Below are positions 40,006 through 58,602 of a stretch of 64,000 nt of DNA, one piece after another. Under the pieces are notes generated by a model that saw only the letters and a list, made by a program, of their open reading frames with translations, did no database searches and had not been told where the DNA came from. Within the stretch, counting starts at the first letter, position 1. Every line of letters begins with the position of its first letter. The stretch lies in assembly GCF_009914755.1 (NCBI RefSeq), contig NC_060930.1. One strand, 5' to 3'. Position numbers and translations under genes: made by a program. This DNA comes from the human T2T-CHM13v2.0 reference genome, Homo sapiens.

Positions 40006-42961
40006 AAGCAGCAGATGCCTCTTTGTAGAACTTCTGCTACCATCACTGCCCAACTCTCACCCATATTATTGCAGCAGAATCTAAATATGTTAAATATTAA
40101 ATTTGGCTATGAGGAGACTGTTTACAAAAGTATTCCTTTTTGGATTAGAATGATTCAGCAAGTTTATTTAATACTACAAGTGAATAATGGATTTAACTCT
40201 AAGATCTCTTTCCTAGTGCAATCACAATACACTTATTGATTGCTTCTTTTTCCTACCACCATTATTCTTCCCTACCTTTGTGAATAATGGCAATAAAAGC
40301 TAGGTCTACTCCTCATTTTTCCTGAAACATTGCTCCTAATTCTTAACAATGCTTCCCCAGGACAGGCACATGACTTCCCATTTTTATTTCCATTTATACA
40401 GCCCTACAAAGGGTACTGCTGAAGACTGTCCTGGTTCAACCTTGATATCTCCTACCTTTAACAAACCAGAGGGAATCTGAAATTGCAGGAACAGCAGGCA
40501 GCCATAACCTGACCCTTGCTTGGCCCCTCACAGAGCTGAATACTGTGGCATGCATTAAATATTCAGCAACCTATTCCCAGTTTAAAACAGACAGAGGTGA
40601 TCTTTTCAGACTGTCTAGTGGGCCTGCATTGCAACTGAAGAATGACTTTCCTGCTTCATTAAACATTTAGGCTACTTCTTGGTGCAGCTGCCTGTTATCA
40701 TGACAGCAAATAGAGTATGGTAGCTTAGACTCCCTCTCTTTTTAGTACATGAAAACTTTCATCGCATTTTTATTGATGATCTATGGCAAAGGTGACAGGA
40801 AGGGGATGACAGTGTCAATTGTCAGAAAATTGGAACAGATTCTCAAGAAACAAGTGTTAGACCTTTCAAATATGTAGGAGGCTTGGCAATGGCATTACGA
40901 CCATCTATTTTAGTTTTGAAATGCATTCTCTCTTGCTCTGTGGTCTCGATGAAAGCATGAGAGATTTCTAAGAGCATAGCTAAAACTGTGAAAAAACTTT
41001 ATTCATATTAATAATGGCCTAAAATACACTAAAACTTTAAGCTCTTCTTGTATATTAACTTGTTCCTTTGCATTTGGAGCTATCTGGCCCTCCTAAATTT
41101 TTACCATCATTATTTCAAGATTATAATTTTGCCCTATTGTCATAAGGATCCACTTATGATTTGGGCTGTCACCTTCTGCTTTTGTAGCATGTATTCAAAC
41201 TCAAGAAAGAGCTGAGTGCACTGGGAACTCAAAGAACCTGTGCTTGACTGATCTAGTTAGTTGATAACAAAACCATGAACTACTCTATATTTGTAAAGTG
41301 AAATTTGAAACCATGAACTACTCTCTATTTGTAAAGGGCTTTGAAATTGTGCTCACAACTTTCTCAGTGTATAAGAGACCATTTTGCATTTCTTCTACAA
41401 AAACCAATGAAAATGTAAAAGATGTTAAGTATAAATTCATTTTAAATGTAAAGCCTCAAATTATTTTCTTTGTGTGTCACTTTCTCTCCCTTCCATTCAT
41501 CAATCTATCTTTGCATTGTAGCTTCTTCCTCATGATCACATAGAAGCAATTCCAAAAAGTCTTCTGTGCAAATATCATATGCTACTCCATTTTTTTTTTA
41601 ATTGTTGTTCAAATTCTACTTTGGAGCAGAGGCTCTTTATTTTTTTAAAAAAACTGGTTTAATGTAATTTGTCGTAAGAGACATTTCAATGGATAATGTT
41701 GTTTTGGCCTAATCCTTCTACGTTTTTCTGGTTCTTAAATATCATTTGGTAATAAAATTTTCAGGCTGGATCTGATTTCAGATTATTTAACTTCCTTATT
41801 TTATAGATGTGACACTGAGGTCTAGACAGGTGGCATGCACTGCCTGACGGTTGTTTAAATCCTTCTCACTGTTCTCAGTTTTCTGTCCCATGGGATAATA
41901 TTTTCGTATTTGTCCTCATAACCTTGTCCTTTATGACGTTTCACTTTGTTCCGCTTACCACGACCTTTTCCAGGACATGTCTTCCTGGGTCGTGCACATC
42001 TTCCTTGCACCCCCTCCCCCACCCCCGCCGCCAACCACCCCATCATTTCTAGCTCCATCATTTTGTGTAGGGGATGATTTGACCCTTGACACCTGGTTCT
42101 TCTAATTTTCTGCCCTAAATAAATTTATTAAGCCAAGAAGCAATTATGTGTAAATAATGCCCACTTCCTCCGATGGTAGAGTCACAAAGTGTTTTCTGAG
42201 TCTAGTCCTTATATCAGAGGGTTTCCATCCATCCAATCTCTATCCCTTGCTCCTGCGAACCATGTAGAAATAACACACAGAATGTGGACATCAAGCAACT
42301 TAAATTTTTTCCTGCCTCCTTCTGTTAATGTCCAAATTCACCAGTTATATTTTAAACTTTCTGCTTTATTTTTGTGTCACAAATTTTTTCTATTCAAAAT
42401 ATGTGGTAAGAATTATCACTGGCCTGGCTGCCATGCATACTTCTTCAATAAAATCCCACTTCTCCACTTTCTTTTGTGGTTTTGCATTTTGCTTTATTAA
42501 CTCTTGCTTCAGATTCTCTGGGTTATCAGATACGCATGTCAATCCAGAACACCAGTTTATTGATTTTCACGGGAAACATAAAATACCCAGAATCAGTATC
42601 TCTTTCCCTGGACAAGCCTGGCTTAACCTCACACACCTGGTCCTTTGACTCACTTTTTTATCTAGATTTTGGGCTGAACAGGTTTCCTCAGCATGTCAGA
42701 TTATGGTACAGTGGAGTAAAGTACTGCATTCTTCGGCCACATTCCAGGCCGAGATCTCTACCCTGCTCACCCTGATAGAGCTTTGCCAGCACCGGCACAT
42801 GACGTGAAATAAGTGACTCTTAACATGTTTATTTAAGTGGATCTATTTTAATTTTCAAGTTCCCAGCAACATTTTTGCAGTGAATATTTGCTTGGTTATT
42901 CTAAATTTTGCTTAATTTCTTCCACTATATTTATAGTTTCCCTCCAAAGGGCCTTTTCTAG

Positions 42962-43545
<584 letters not shown>

Positions 43546-43625
43546 AAGATTTATCTCAAGTTTTAGCCAGACAACTAATTCTGGCTCCGATATTTAGTAA
43601 TGTCAGTACTCTCCAGTTTTTATTA

Positions 43626-43952
43626 TAGTCATGTGCTGAGTAAAATTTCGGTCAACAACAAACTACTTAAACAACAGTGGTCTCATAATACCATTTTTTT
43701 TAACTGTGCTTTCTGTGTAGGTATATTTAAATACACAAATACCATTGTGTTACAGCTGCTTACAGTATCCAGTACAGTAACATGCTGTGCAGATCTGTAG
43801 TCTAGGAGCAATAGGCGACACCACATAGCCTAGGCGTACCTCGGCTGCACTATCTCGGTTTGTGTAAGTACACCCTATGATTGGACAACAATGGAATCAT
43901 ATAATGACATGCTTCTCAGAACATTTCTCCGTCATTAAGTGATGCATGACTG
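43626..43952 (+). mobile_element. Tigger3a (MER7A)-like non-autonomous DNA transposon
   Basis: Terminal inverted repeats (T)AGTCATG...CATGACTG flanked by TA. Internal TGTGTAAGTACACCCTATGAT. Confidence 0.85.
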
Positions 43953-45585
43953 TACTCTCCCTATTTACTTTTATAATTAACCTTTACCAGCATTCTTTGT
44001 TTCACTTGGTTGTTCTTTCCGTTACTGTTCTCTATAGACCCCTCTCTGCCTTCCATCTGGATGAAAATCCTGGGGATAAAGAGTGGTCTCAAGTTTCACG
44101 GTACAATAGCAATGTTATCCCCCACTTATCTGGTTACCAAAGCACATCTCCACTCTCAATTAGCAACTTAGAACTGCAAGTAGAACTGCAGGAGATTTCT
44201 TTGCTGGCCCTTGTATACTGTTCCTGGCTTCTGTCCTCTCTCTAGCTTTTAACGAAGCTTGGCATAGAGAAGTGCCATTTAGGCTGTGGGTCTTCCTAGC
44301 ACTTCAGCTTCCTGCACTTGACCAGAAGCCAACAGACTTGGACCATGATGGTTCGGGTCAAGGTAGTTTTATTAATAACCATCTGGAGAACTCAGTCCCA
44401 TGGAGTCTGTCTGCTCTGGCTGTAAAATAGCTTTCAGGGAATTTTCCAACACATGACTTAGTCACTGATATGAAATCACATGTGAGAAGTGCCCCTTAGA
44501 CTCCACGGTTGGTGCTCCTGGAGCGTTTTGTACCTCAGTCACATTTTCCATTGTTTCAGAGCTTCCTATGTAGTTGCTCCTCCCCCCTCCCTCTCCCTCG
44601 GTAACTGGACTTTTCTGGGGTGCAGGGTCCCTGACTTACTCATCTCTACACTGCCTGCAGCACTGTGCCCTAGAAGGAGTGGAGTAAATGTCTGTATAAG
44701 GAATTTCACAAAATATTTTATAGAATTGGGATTGAGAATGAGCAGACCTTTAGGGGTGGTGAAGAGCCGTTAGGGTAGCAAAAGAGCTATCCATAACTGT
44801 GAGAGGTTTGAAAATCTGTTCTGAAATTCCTATCGCAAGGGATGCATGTCCTTTGAAATCTTACTTAAAGGAAAGGAGGCTGAGTGTTTGAATCCAGTTG
44901 TCTTAGGACATACACGTGACCTACAGGCAGTAGCTGATGAGGCGAGGGAAAAGGAGCTGCAGTGACTTGCTTCATCCTCAACAATCCATTTTTCTAGCCC
45001 CGTCTTTCCAACTTCTTAGTTTAAATGATTCCTCTTAGGGGAAATTTAAACCCTCTTTAATTAGGAAAGAGAAAATATGAGATGGAGAGAGAAACTATCG
45101 CAGGGAGGGGTGTGGCATTCTGAAGAAGTGTTTGTTCTTTGAAATATATTACAGTATAGATTTGCATTTTCTGAGCAGGAATGTTTAGTTTTCCTTGAGG
45201 GAGGATTAGGGCAGTCGCAGCAGGAATACAAGGAGAAAGATTCGAGTCTAGGATTCAGTCTTAGACTTCTAGAGGAGGACTTCCGGGTCTGCAGAAAAGC
45301 GCTAGTTTTGAAAGGCAAGCTTTGTGGAGAGAGAATTTCTTTAGCATCTATTGAGAGCTGTCCTGGTGGACTAGATTATAATAAACAGCAGGGACAGAGA
45401 GAAGTAGCCAATGACAGGGGAGGAGGAACGTGTGAGAGAGGATGGAAGATAGACGGAGGGGAAGCAGGCAGTAAGACATGTCCTGACCACTCCTTTACGG
45501 GCTGATGGCTGGGGAGAGGAGCCATGGCAAATCAGTGGACACAAAAGCAAAGGGGTTCGTGTCCTGCCCCACTCTGGATCCCCTG

Positions 45586-45726
45586 GGAGGATGGCATTGG
45601 GAGATATACCTAATGCTAGATGACGAGTTAGTGGGTGCAGTGCACCAGCATGGCACATGTATACATATGTAACTAACCTGCACAATGTGCACATGTACCC
45701 TAAAACTTAAAGTATAATAAAAAAAA
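45586..45726 (+). mobile_element. Heavily 5'-truncated young L1 (L1PA2-like) 3' end
   Basis: GCATTGGGAGATATACCTAATGCTAGATGACGAGTTAGTGGGTGCAG...CTTAAAGTATAATAAAAAAAA. Confidence 0.9.
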
Positions 45727-46620
45727 TTGAGGGATTCTGGGAGGATGTAGGACTAGCTGGAGCCTGAGGTCAGGATGAAGAAGCTGCAGAGCAAGTGACT
45801 GGCACGCTGGAGCCAGGCGGTGGATGACAGAATGCTGTCCCCAGTGGGTAGACAGATGGGCCTGCTGACCCTCAGCAGTCACCAGTGTGGGGCATGAGCT
45901 GGACCCTAGAAGGAAGATGGAGAGAAACCAGCCAGCAGAGAGGGTATCTTTAGGTGGGGCAGTCATTTACTCAATCCAGGTATTACATAATAGCCCTTTT
46001 GAGGTCAAGAGATTTGTATTTTTTGGCTGAGAAACTGAGGCTCTTGAAGTGAGGGTAATTCACCCAAGTTCATCCAGGGGCCTGCAGACTCAGGGCTAAG
46101 TTCTGTGTTCAACCTCAGCAGTTCATCCCACGTGCTTAACGTCAGTTTCTCTGCTCCTTTGAAGTTTTTATTTTTTTCTGGATTCTACATTTAGATGTCT
46201 CATTTAATCTCCAAAGACGTTCATAATTCTTCTGAGATACATACTCCAAACAAATAAAATGTAGTATGGTTTGTCCTTATAGTAATAACTCAATCCATCA
46301 CCTTTTAATAAAAATGCTGTAGTAATCCCCAGTGGAAAATCCCATACAGTAGAAAATTGGTTTTTGGGGAAACCCTCGATTAGTTCTCCCAGTTGATTTT
46401 ATGATTCATTCATTTGGAGCTTATTGGATTTACATTTTAGACTCCAAAATTAAAAAGTAATAATTAAACTCAGCAGAATATTGAATTTTTCAAATTCATA
46501 GCACTTTGTTAATTTTCAATTTTTCTTTCTTTTGCTTATGGTCAGAGTCTACGATAAAGATCTTATCACACTGTGTATTTTCCTCATTCATTCATGCAAA
46601 CTACAAGAAAGTTCATTTCT

Positions 46621-46902
46621 TTTTTTTTGAGACGGAGTTTTGCTCTTGTTGCCCATGCAATGGCGCGATCTCGGCTCACCACAACCTCCGCCTCCCGGGT
46701 TCAATCTATTCTCCTGCCTCAGCCTCCTGAGTACCTGGGATTACAGGCATGTGCCACCATGCCTGGCTAATTTTGTATTTATAGTAGAGATGGGGTTTCT
46801 CCATGTTGGTCAGGCTGGTCTCGAACTCCTGACCTCAGGTGATCTGCCTGCCTTGGCCTCCCAAAGTGCTGGGATTACAGGCTTGAGCCACTGTGCCCGG
46901 CT
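46621..46902 (-). mobile_element. AluS
   Basis: Reverse Alu with TSD GAAAGTTCATTTCTT on both sides. Confidence 0.9.
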
Positions 46903-47038
46903 GAAAGTTCATTTCTTAATCAAAATTTTGTCATAATTTGTATCCATTAATTTTTTCTTAACAGTTAAAAAATACATATTTGTAGACTCCTGGTTCCTCT
47001 CTTTCATGTAAAGAGCTCGGAATCACTGTTTCATCCTA

Positions 47039-47467
<429 letters not shown>

Positions 47468-48599
47468 TTACAATGTTTTACAATATTGTGAAATTTCTCT
47501 CCAAGAGCTTGAGCAGGTACCAGAGAAAAATCGCCTTGTGCTTTTGGCAAAGGGACGGGAAAATGAACCATGTGGAAATATGCCAGGGCACTTTGTTCTT
47601 AATACCAATGTTTGCTATCAGGAGAAACTGGTTGACCGGAACCTAATCTGCTGGGATATTATCAAAGCCTAACAGGTGGGGGTGGGGAATACCCAATTCC
47701 AGTCAGTTTTAGCATTTCATGTGGAAGAAGGGAAATACCCAACTCCAGCCCACTGTAGTCATCCTGTACCACCTAAGAGGGGAGGGAAAAAACTGAGAAA
47801 CACTTGTGAAGTTCACAGCCCAGAGTGAGTCATAGGACCACTAAGACCGAGATCTAATTATAGCACTATAGCATGCTGCCCCTGCACCTATACCTTACCA
47901 CCACATTACAAAAGGACTATTTACAGCACTTCCTTTGACCCAACACATTGTGTCCAGCTATCAGGAAAAAATTACAAGGCATCCTAAAAGGCAACAAACA
48001 AAAACAGAAAAACAAAAAACACACCACAGAGCAAGCATCAGTACCAGGCATGGCAATGATGTTGGAATTATCAGATCAGGAATTTAAAACAACTATGATT
48101 AATGTGCTAAGGGCTCTACTGGGTAAAGTAGACAGCTTGCAAAAACAGATGGGCAATGTAAGCAGAGAGATGGAAATTCTAAAAAAGAACAGAAAAGTAA
48201 TGCTTAACGGAAATGAAGAATGCCTTTCATAGGATTACTAGTAGACTGGACATGGCCGGGGAAAGAATCTCTGAGCTTGAGGATATATCAATAGAAACTT
48301 TGAAAACTGAAAAGGAAAGAAAACAAAGATTGAAAAAAACTAAATAGAATATCCAAGATCTATGGGACAACTGCAAAGGAGTAACACGCATGCAATGGGA
48401 ATACCAGAAGAAGAAAGGGGAACAGAAGAAATACTTGAAACAATAATGACTGAGAATTTCCCCCTATTAACATCAGACACCAAACCACAAATCCAGGAAG
48501 CTCAGAGAACACTTAGCAGGATACATGCCAAAACACCTACACCTAGGCATATCATTTGCAAACTACAGAAAACTAAAGATAAATAAAAAATCCTGCTGC

Positions 48600-48975
48600 T
48601 GAAGACCAGGAGTTCAAGGCTACCGTGAGCTGTAATCACGCCATTACACTCCAGCCTGGGTGATAGAGTAAGACCTTGTCTCTAAAAATAAAGAAATTAA
48701 AGAAAAAAAGGATAAAATCCTGAAATAAGCCAGAGGAAAAGAACACGTCACTTATAAAGGATTAAAAAATAAGAATTGCATCCTGCTTCTCCCCAGAAAG
48801 CATGCAAGTCAGAAGAGAATGGAGTGAAATATTTAAAGTGTTGAAAGAAGCTGGGTGCAGTGGCACATGCCTGTAATCCTAGTTACTTGGGAGGCTGAGG
48901 GAGGAGAATCACTTGAGGCCAGGAGTTCAAGGCCAGCCTGGGCAACATAGTGAGATTCTGTCTCTAAAAAAATGG
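48600..48975 (+). mobile_element. Two Alu monomer fragments (~48600-48700 and ~48850-48975) within L1MC
   Basis: Partial right-arm and FLAM-like sequences. Confidence 0.7.
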
Positions 48976-49320
48976 AAAAAAAATTATATCAGAAATGAAA
49001 GAGGGGTCATTACTACATACCCAAGGACATTAAAAGGATAACAAAAAAATACTATGAACAACTCTATACCCACAAATGTGATAACCTAGAGGAAATTGAT
49101 TAGTTCCTTGAAATACGCAAGTGTGCAAAACTCAAACAAGAAGAAATGGACTATTTGAGTAAGTCTATATCTATTAAAGAAATTGAATCAATAATCAGCT
49201 TCCAAAACAGAAATCACAGGCCCAGATGGGTTCACTAGTGAAATCCACAAACATTTAAGGAAAATATGATATCAGTTCTTTACAACCTCTTTGACAGGAT
49301 ATAAGCAGAGGGAATACTTT

Positions 49321-49616
<296 letters not shown>

Positions 49617-50545
49617 CAGAGGGAATACTTTCTAACTCATTATATGAGGCTAGCATTACTCTAATACTGAAGCCAGGCAAAGACATTACAAGAAAACTAT
49701 AACCAGTATTTCTGATGAATGTAGATGCAAAAATCCTCAAAAAAATTAGCAAATCAAATCCAACAATGTGTAAAAGAATTATACACCATGACCAACTGAG
49801 ATTTATCCCAGCTATTTCCAGACCTGTTCAACATTTGAAAATCAATTAATCCATCATATCAAAAAGCTTAAAAAGAAAAAAAATCAGTGATTTATATCAA
49901 TAGATGCAGGAAGAGCATTTGACAAAATCCACACTCATCCACAATAAAAATTCTCAGTGAACCAGGAACAAAGGAGAACTTTTCAGTGTGATAAAGAATA
50001 TCTACAGAAAATGTACAGCTATATCATGCTTTATGGCGAGAAAAAGCTTTCCCCCTAAGATCAGAAAGAAAGCAAGGATGTTGCCTCTCACAACTCCTTT
50101 TCAAAATGGTACTTGAAGTTACTAATGCAATAAGACAAGAAAAGGAAATAAAACTTAAACAGTTTGGGAAGGAAGAAATAAACTCGTGTTCATAGATGTC
50201 ATGATCATCTATGTAGAACATCCAAAAGAATTGACAAAAAACAAACTACTAAAACCATGAAGTGATTATAGCAAGGTTGCAGGGTACTAGGTTAACATAT
50301 AAAAGTCAATTGCTTTCCTGTATTCTAGCAACAAACAAATGGAATTTGAAATTAAAAACACAATACAAATGTAAATATTACATTAACACCTCCACAAATA
50401 AAATATTTAGCTATAAACCTAACAATGTATGAAATCTATGTGAGGAAACCTATAAAACTCTGAATGGACTCAAAGAACTACATAAATTGACTGATATTCC
50501 ATGTACATGGATAGGAAAACTAATTCCACTAAGATGTTGGTTCCG

Positions 50546-50850
<305 letters not shown>

Positions 50851-51572
50851 GTTCTTTTCAACTTAATCTATACATTCAATGCAATCTCAATCAAAATCCC
50901 AGAAACTTATTTTGAGGCTATTAACAAACTGATTCTAAAGTTTATATGAAGAAACAAAATATCCAGAATAGTCAACACAATTTTGAATGAGAATAACAAA
51001 GTTTGAGGACTGACACTGCCTGACTTCAAGACTTACTATAAACTACAGTAATCAAGACAGTGTGGCATTGCCAAAAGAACAGGCAAATAGATCAATGGAA
51101 CAGAACAGACAATCCAGAAATAGACCCATATAAATCTAGTCATCTTACATTGGCAAAGGAGCAAAGGCAATACAATGAAGAAAGACAGTCTTTTCAACAA
51201 ATGATGCTGGAACAACTGGAATTCCACGGGCCAAAAAAAAAAAAAAAATTAAACATAGACCTTACACCCTTCACAGAAATTAACTCAAATGGATCACAGA
51301 CCTAAATATAAAATGGAAAACTATAAAAGTCCTAGAAGGTAACACAGGAGAAAATCTAAATGACCTTGGGGATAGAGATTACTTTTAAGATATAACACCA
51401 AAGGCATGATTTGTGGAAGAAATGGTAAGTTGGACTTTATGAAAATGAGAAAGTGCTCTGTGAAATACAATGTTGAGAAAATGAGAAGACAAGTCATAGA
51501 CTAGGAGAAAATATTTGCAAAAGTCTTATAAGAGACTATAATCCAAAATATACAAAGAACTCTTAATATTCA

Positions 51573-52082
<510 letters not shown>

Positions 52083-53561
52083 TTACAAAACTAAACATTC
52101 TCTTTTACAGTCCAGCAATTGTGTTCCTTGGTATTTACTCAAAGGAGTTAAACTTACGTCCACACAAAACTTGTGCGTGGGTGTTTATAGCAGTTTATTC
52201 ATAACTGTCAAAACTGGGAAGCCACCAAGATGTCCTTCAGTAGGTGGGTGGATAAATAAACTATAGTACACACAGGTAATGGGAATATATTTCAGAACTA
52301 AAAGGAAATTCGCTATCAAGCCATGAAAAGACATGGAGAAAACTCAAACGTGTATTACTAAGTGAAAGAAGCCAATCTGAAAAGGCTACATTCTGTAAAA
52401 TTCCAACTATATGGCATTCTGAAAAGGCAAAACCATGGAGACAGTAAAAGGACCAGGGGTTTCCAAGGGTTAGGGAGGATGAATATGGAGTACAGAGGAT
52501 TTTCAGGACAGAGAAAATGCACTGTATGATACTAAAATGATAGGTTCGTGTCATTATACATTTTTCCAAACCCACAGAATGTACAACACCAAGAGTGAAC
52601 CCTAATGTAAACTATGGACTTTGGGTGATTATAATCTGTCAATGTAAGTTCATCAGTTAGAATAGATGTACCTCTGAGGTGGGGGATGTTGATAATGGGG
52701 GAGCCTATGTCATGTGTGGGGGGAGGGGATATATGGGAAGTCTCTACATTCCTCTTTAATATTGCTGTGAACCCAATACTGCTTAAAAATAGTCTTAAAA
52801 ATACATGCATATGTGTGTCTATGTGTGTATTTTTGCCACAAGAAAAAATATAAAGGAACAGGTGGTGAATGAGTTAGCTCTAGACCTACAAAAGAGTCAC
52901 ATTCTGCAGTGGTTCTGACTTAGAGCAGAGGATTTAGGGAACTGGGAAGTACAAACGATCACAAGCCAATATCTACTGAGACTCCTCTACTCCCCATCTC
53001 CTCTCTGCCAGCATTTCCCCAGCGCATTCAAGTGCAAAACCTGTGAGATCAGGAGAAGTGGAGGGAGGTACATGTTGACTGAAAAAAAAAATCAGATTAG
53101 ATGCCACTCCTCTTATTTTGTTGGGAGATAAAATATTGGTTCACATTTTATCTCTATATAGATTTAAATATGTTTTTATCTTTATCGATTTAGGGGGTAA
53201 AGTACAGATTTCTTACATATGTTGCATAGTGGCGGATTCTGGGCTTTCAGTGTACCTCTCATCCTAATACTGGAATAATAAATAATCCACATTATTTAAT
53301 GTTTAATATATAATATACCATATATTATAAATTAATATATTAATATTATATATTATTTTTTATATATTTAAGTTGAACTTTAAAATTCATTGGTGGACCA
53401 TGTATTTTGCCATCTTAGAAATGAGGCTAAAGGTTACCATGTAGGGAATTATGCTGAGGCATTCATAAGTCTGGCACAGGTAATGAACTTGATAGAAATA
53501 ATTGCTTGATAGAATTGGTTTTGGAAATTGCTGAATTTTTATTTAAATTTCAAAGTATTGG

Positions 53562-53868
<307 letters not shown>

Positions 53869-55135
53869 CTAAAAATACATTTTTAGCACTAGGTGAATGG
53901 CTATATTTGTCTACTCCACAGCCATGCACAGGGCTCCACCTAAATTTTAAAATATGGGAACCAGAGCTTGGTAAATGTTCTTTGCTGGACACTGGGATCT
54001 TTAAAATAGGACAATAGAACTACATATCATGATCCCAAGAGGATTATATGCATATCACTAGGGATTTAAATATAATGAGTCTTAGGAAATGATCACCATT
54101 CTTAAGAAAAAGAACATTCTTGTAATATGTGCAAATTCAACAGAAGTTAGAATATGCAAAGAGTACATATTTTGCTGATTTTTAAATAAAACCTTTAGTA
54201 TAACTTTTAAAGATGTATTTAGAAATTATAGCAGAATTGCAACAGCATTACAGAAAGTTGAAAAATGGAGGAAAAAGTTCCTCCTGGGAACCAACATCAG
54301 AACTGACATCATTTTGCTGTGTTAAGTCAGTAATTTCTCAGTTGACCTCCAAATTGGAATCACCTGGGGAGCTTGTTAAACAGCAGATCTTGGTTCCTTC
54401 TGAGTCAGAATCTCTGTGGGTAGGACCCAATGGATTTATAGCTTTAATAAGCTCTGTGGCTGATTCTGATCTGCAGCTGGGAGATTAACTTGTTCAGCTG
54501 CCTAGATTATTCTACCACCAGTTCATCCTGGAGGGCCCATCCCAGGCTTTGCTGCAGAGATTGTCTCTGCTTAAGAGAAGCCACAGAAGGCTTAAAACAG
54601 GAGTTGACCTGATCTTACTCACTTGTATAAAGCCCTGGAGTAGAATCTGAAAGGAATAAACCTTGGAGTCAGGGAGAGCAATTATGAAGCATGGTGAGGA
54701 TAGAGAGATGTGGATACATTTGAGGGAAATTTAGAAGGTAAAATCTGGTAGAACTCGCTGACAACTGGATTTAAGAAGGAAAAAATCAAGACATCGTCCA
54801 GGCTTAGGGACAGAACACATGGTAACAACTATTTGAGACAGGACACACAGGAACCTTATTTATATAAATTTTTATTATAATTTGTCTGAAATATTTTTCC
54901 AAAAGTGGTATTTAAATATGCATCTGAATTAAGACAAAAAATACAACTTACCTTAAATTTTAAGGTAATCTTTAAGAGGGAAAAATAGTCACTTTACAGT
55001 AGAGAGACTAGGCAGACACCACCTTAACCAAGTGATCCAAATTGATGTCACCAGGAATAAGACATATGAACACCATGTGCCCCCAATAGGATGCACTGAG
55101 AAGAGCACAATGTCACATCTGGGGTATTCTTGCTA

Positions 55136-56058
<923 letters not shown>

Positions 56059-56959
56059 ATCTTGGATGAATTGCAGCATTTCACACTCCAAGGCAAGACC
56101 AGAGTAGTGACAGAGCAGGGGGTGGCCCTGGTGTTCAGGTTCCTGCATCTTCTGGGGCCTGAGGTTGCAGGCAACCTGGTCCTCTGGAAAAATGCCAATC
56201 ACAGCGCCAACACCTGAATGTCCTGGGGAAATAACTCAGTGCTACCTGTATTAACTTCCATCATTTTCTCTGGAGTTTTAGGGTGGTTATGTTTTGATGC
56301 TGATTTGGTTTTCAGGTTAACCTCAGTTTGACTCTCCATAGAGGTGACTGGAAGCTCTTTCCTCTGATGTTTCTCAAAGCCTTTCATACTTTGGAACTGG
56401 AAGACACTATAATATTGTGTCAATTAGATGTAAATCAGTTTCTAAATCATATATTACCATTATGATATTTTGTTTATAATTTCTAGATTATTTGGCATTA
56501 ATAACCTCCACAAATGGCCACCAAGTCATTTTCTCTTGCACAGTAAACAAGAGCTTCCTTAGTCACTTACTTGGCATTGAACGAACCCTCCTTGCCCGTG
56601 CCTCCCCCTGCCTGCTTCTCAGTGCTGCGGTCACGTGGCTGCAGGAGGCCCTGAGCTCCTGAGCAGAGCAAAGCCTGTAAGGTGGATGCAGGGCATATTC
56701 TCAGGACACCCTATCAGCCGGCCTGATATTTGATCTACAGGAGCAAACTCAGAGAGAGAGAGGGACAGTTTTGCCTGCAAATGTGAACCCTGACCTAAAG
56801 ACGGCTGCTCAAAATAGCCCTCATCCTCTTTGCCTAAGCCTGATATGCAAGCTTTTATCTCAGTTGCCCCTGGTCACCTGCCTTTCTTACTTGACTCTGC
56901 AGTTCTCCAGGTGGCTATTCCTGGATGGCACTCATCCAGAAAGGGTCATTGCTCTTTTT

Positions 56960-57320
56960 TCTCTTTATTTCACTACCAGAGATTATTTCGATAACATTAT
57001 GATTTACAAACCATAAAATTCATACATTTCAAGTGTACAATTCAATGACTTTTTAATACATTTACCAGGTTGTGCAACCGTTACTGAAATCCAGTTTTAG
57101 AACATTTTTGTCATCCCGGTTAGATCCTTTATGCCCAAGTAGTTAATTACCATCTTCACCACCAACTCCAGGTACCCACTAATCTACATTCTATCTTTAT
57201 AGAACTGCCTTTTCAGGATATTTCACTTAATCAGACTATACCCAGTCATTTGTGTCTGGCTTCTTTCACTTATAATGTTTTTGAGATTCATCCATGATAT
57301 GGCATGTCAGTGATTTTTGT
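56960..57320 (-). mobile_element. Old L1M (L1ME-like) 3' end fragment
   Basis: AAGTGTACAATTCAATGA..TTGTGCAACC..GTCTGGCTTCTTTCACTT. Confidence 0.7.
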
Positions 57321-57827
57321 GATGGTGGGTTCCTGCTGCCCCCACCCCCAAAATTCCTTAAAGGTGCTAAGCAACCTGCTCTTTGAATAACCACCCCGCT
57401 TTTCCCTAGGCTCTCCTGCTGTCAGTTTCCCACAGTGTTGTCGGCTTTCATCTCTCAGTGGCTTCACCTGACTGAGCTGCCTGCCATCTCTAGTGTATCC
57501 TCCAGGCCTCGCCTGGCTCCCTGTTCCCCCCACACTGGCTTCCTGCTCTTCCTCCAAAGGCCTGGCTGGTTCCTGCCTCAGGCTCTGCCCATTGCTGCTG
57601 TCCTCACCAACCCCCAAAACGTTGCCCATTGTTTGTCCCCTCATTCCGTTCGGGTCTTTGTCCGAATGTTGCTTCCTGAAAGAGGCACCCTGACCTCGAC
57701 TCAAATAGCATTCCTTCTCACGGACTATTCATTTGCCCCACTTTGTTTCTTCACAGCTCTTTTTATTCCTGTTTCTTGTTAATTCCTGAAATTATACTTT
57801 GTTTATTATCTTGTTAATAGACTCGTG

Positions 57828-58602
<775 letters not shown>

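Noticed and set aside
53270-53370. Extremely AT-rich, partly self-complementary tract
   Set aside because: Low-complexity sequence; the apparent inverted repeats follow from composition.
56625-56640. E-box GGTCACGTGG in unique sequence
   Set aside because: A single short motif is expected by chance in 64 kb, and there is no CpG island or motif cluster.
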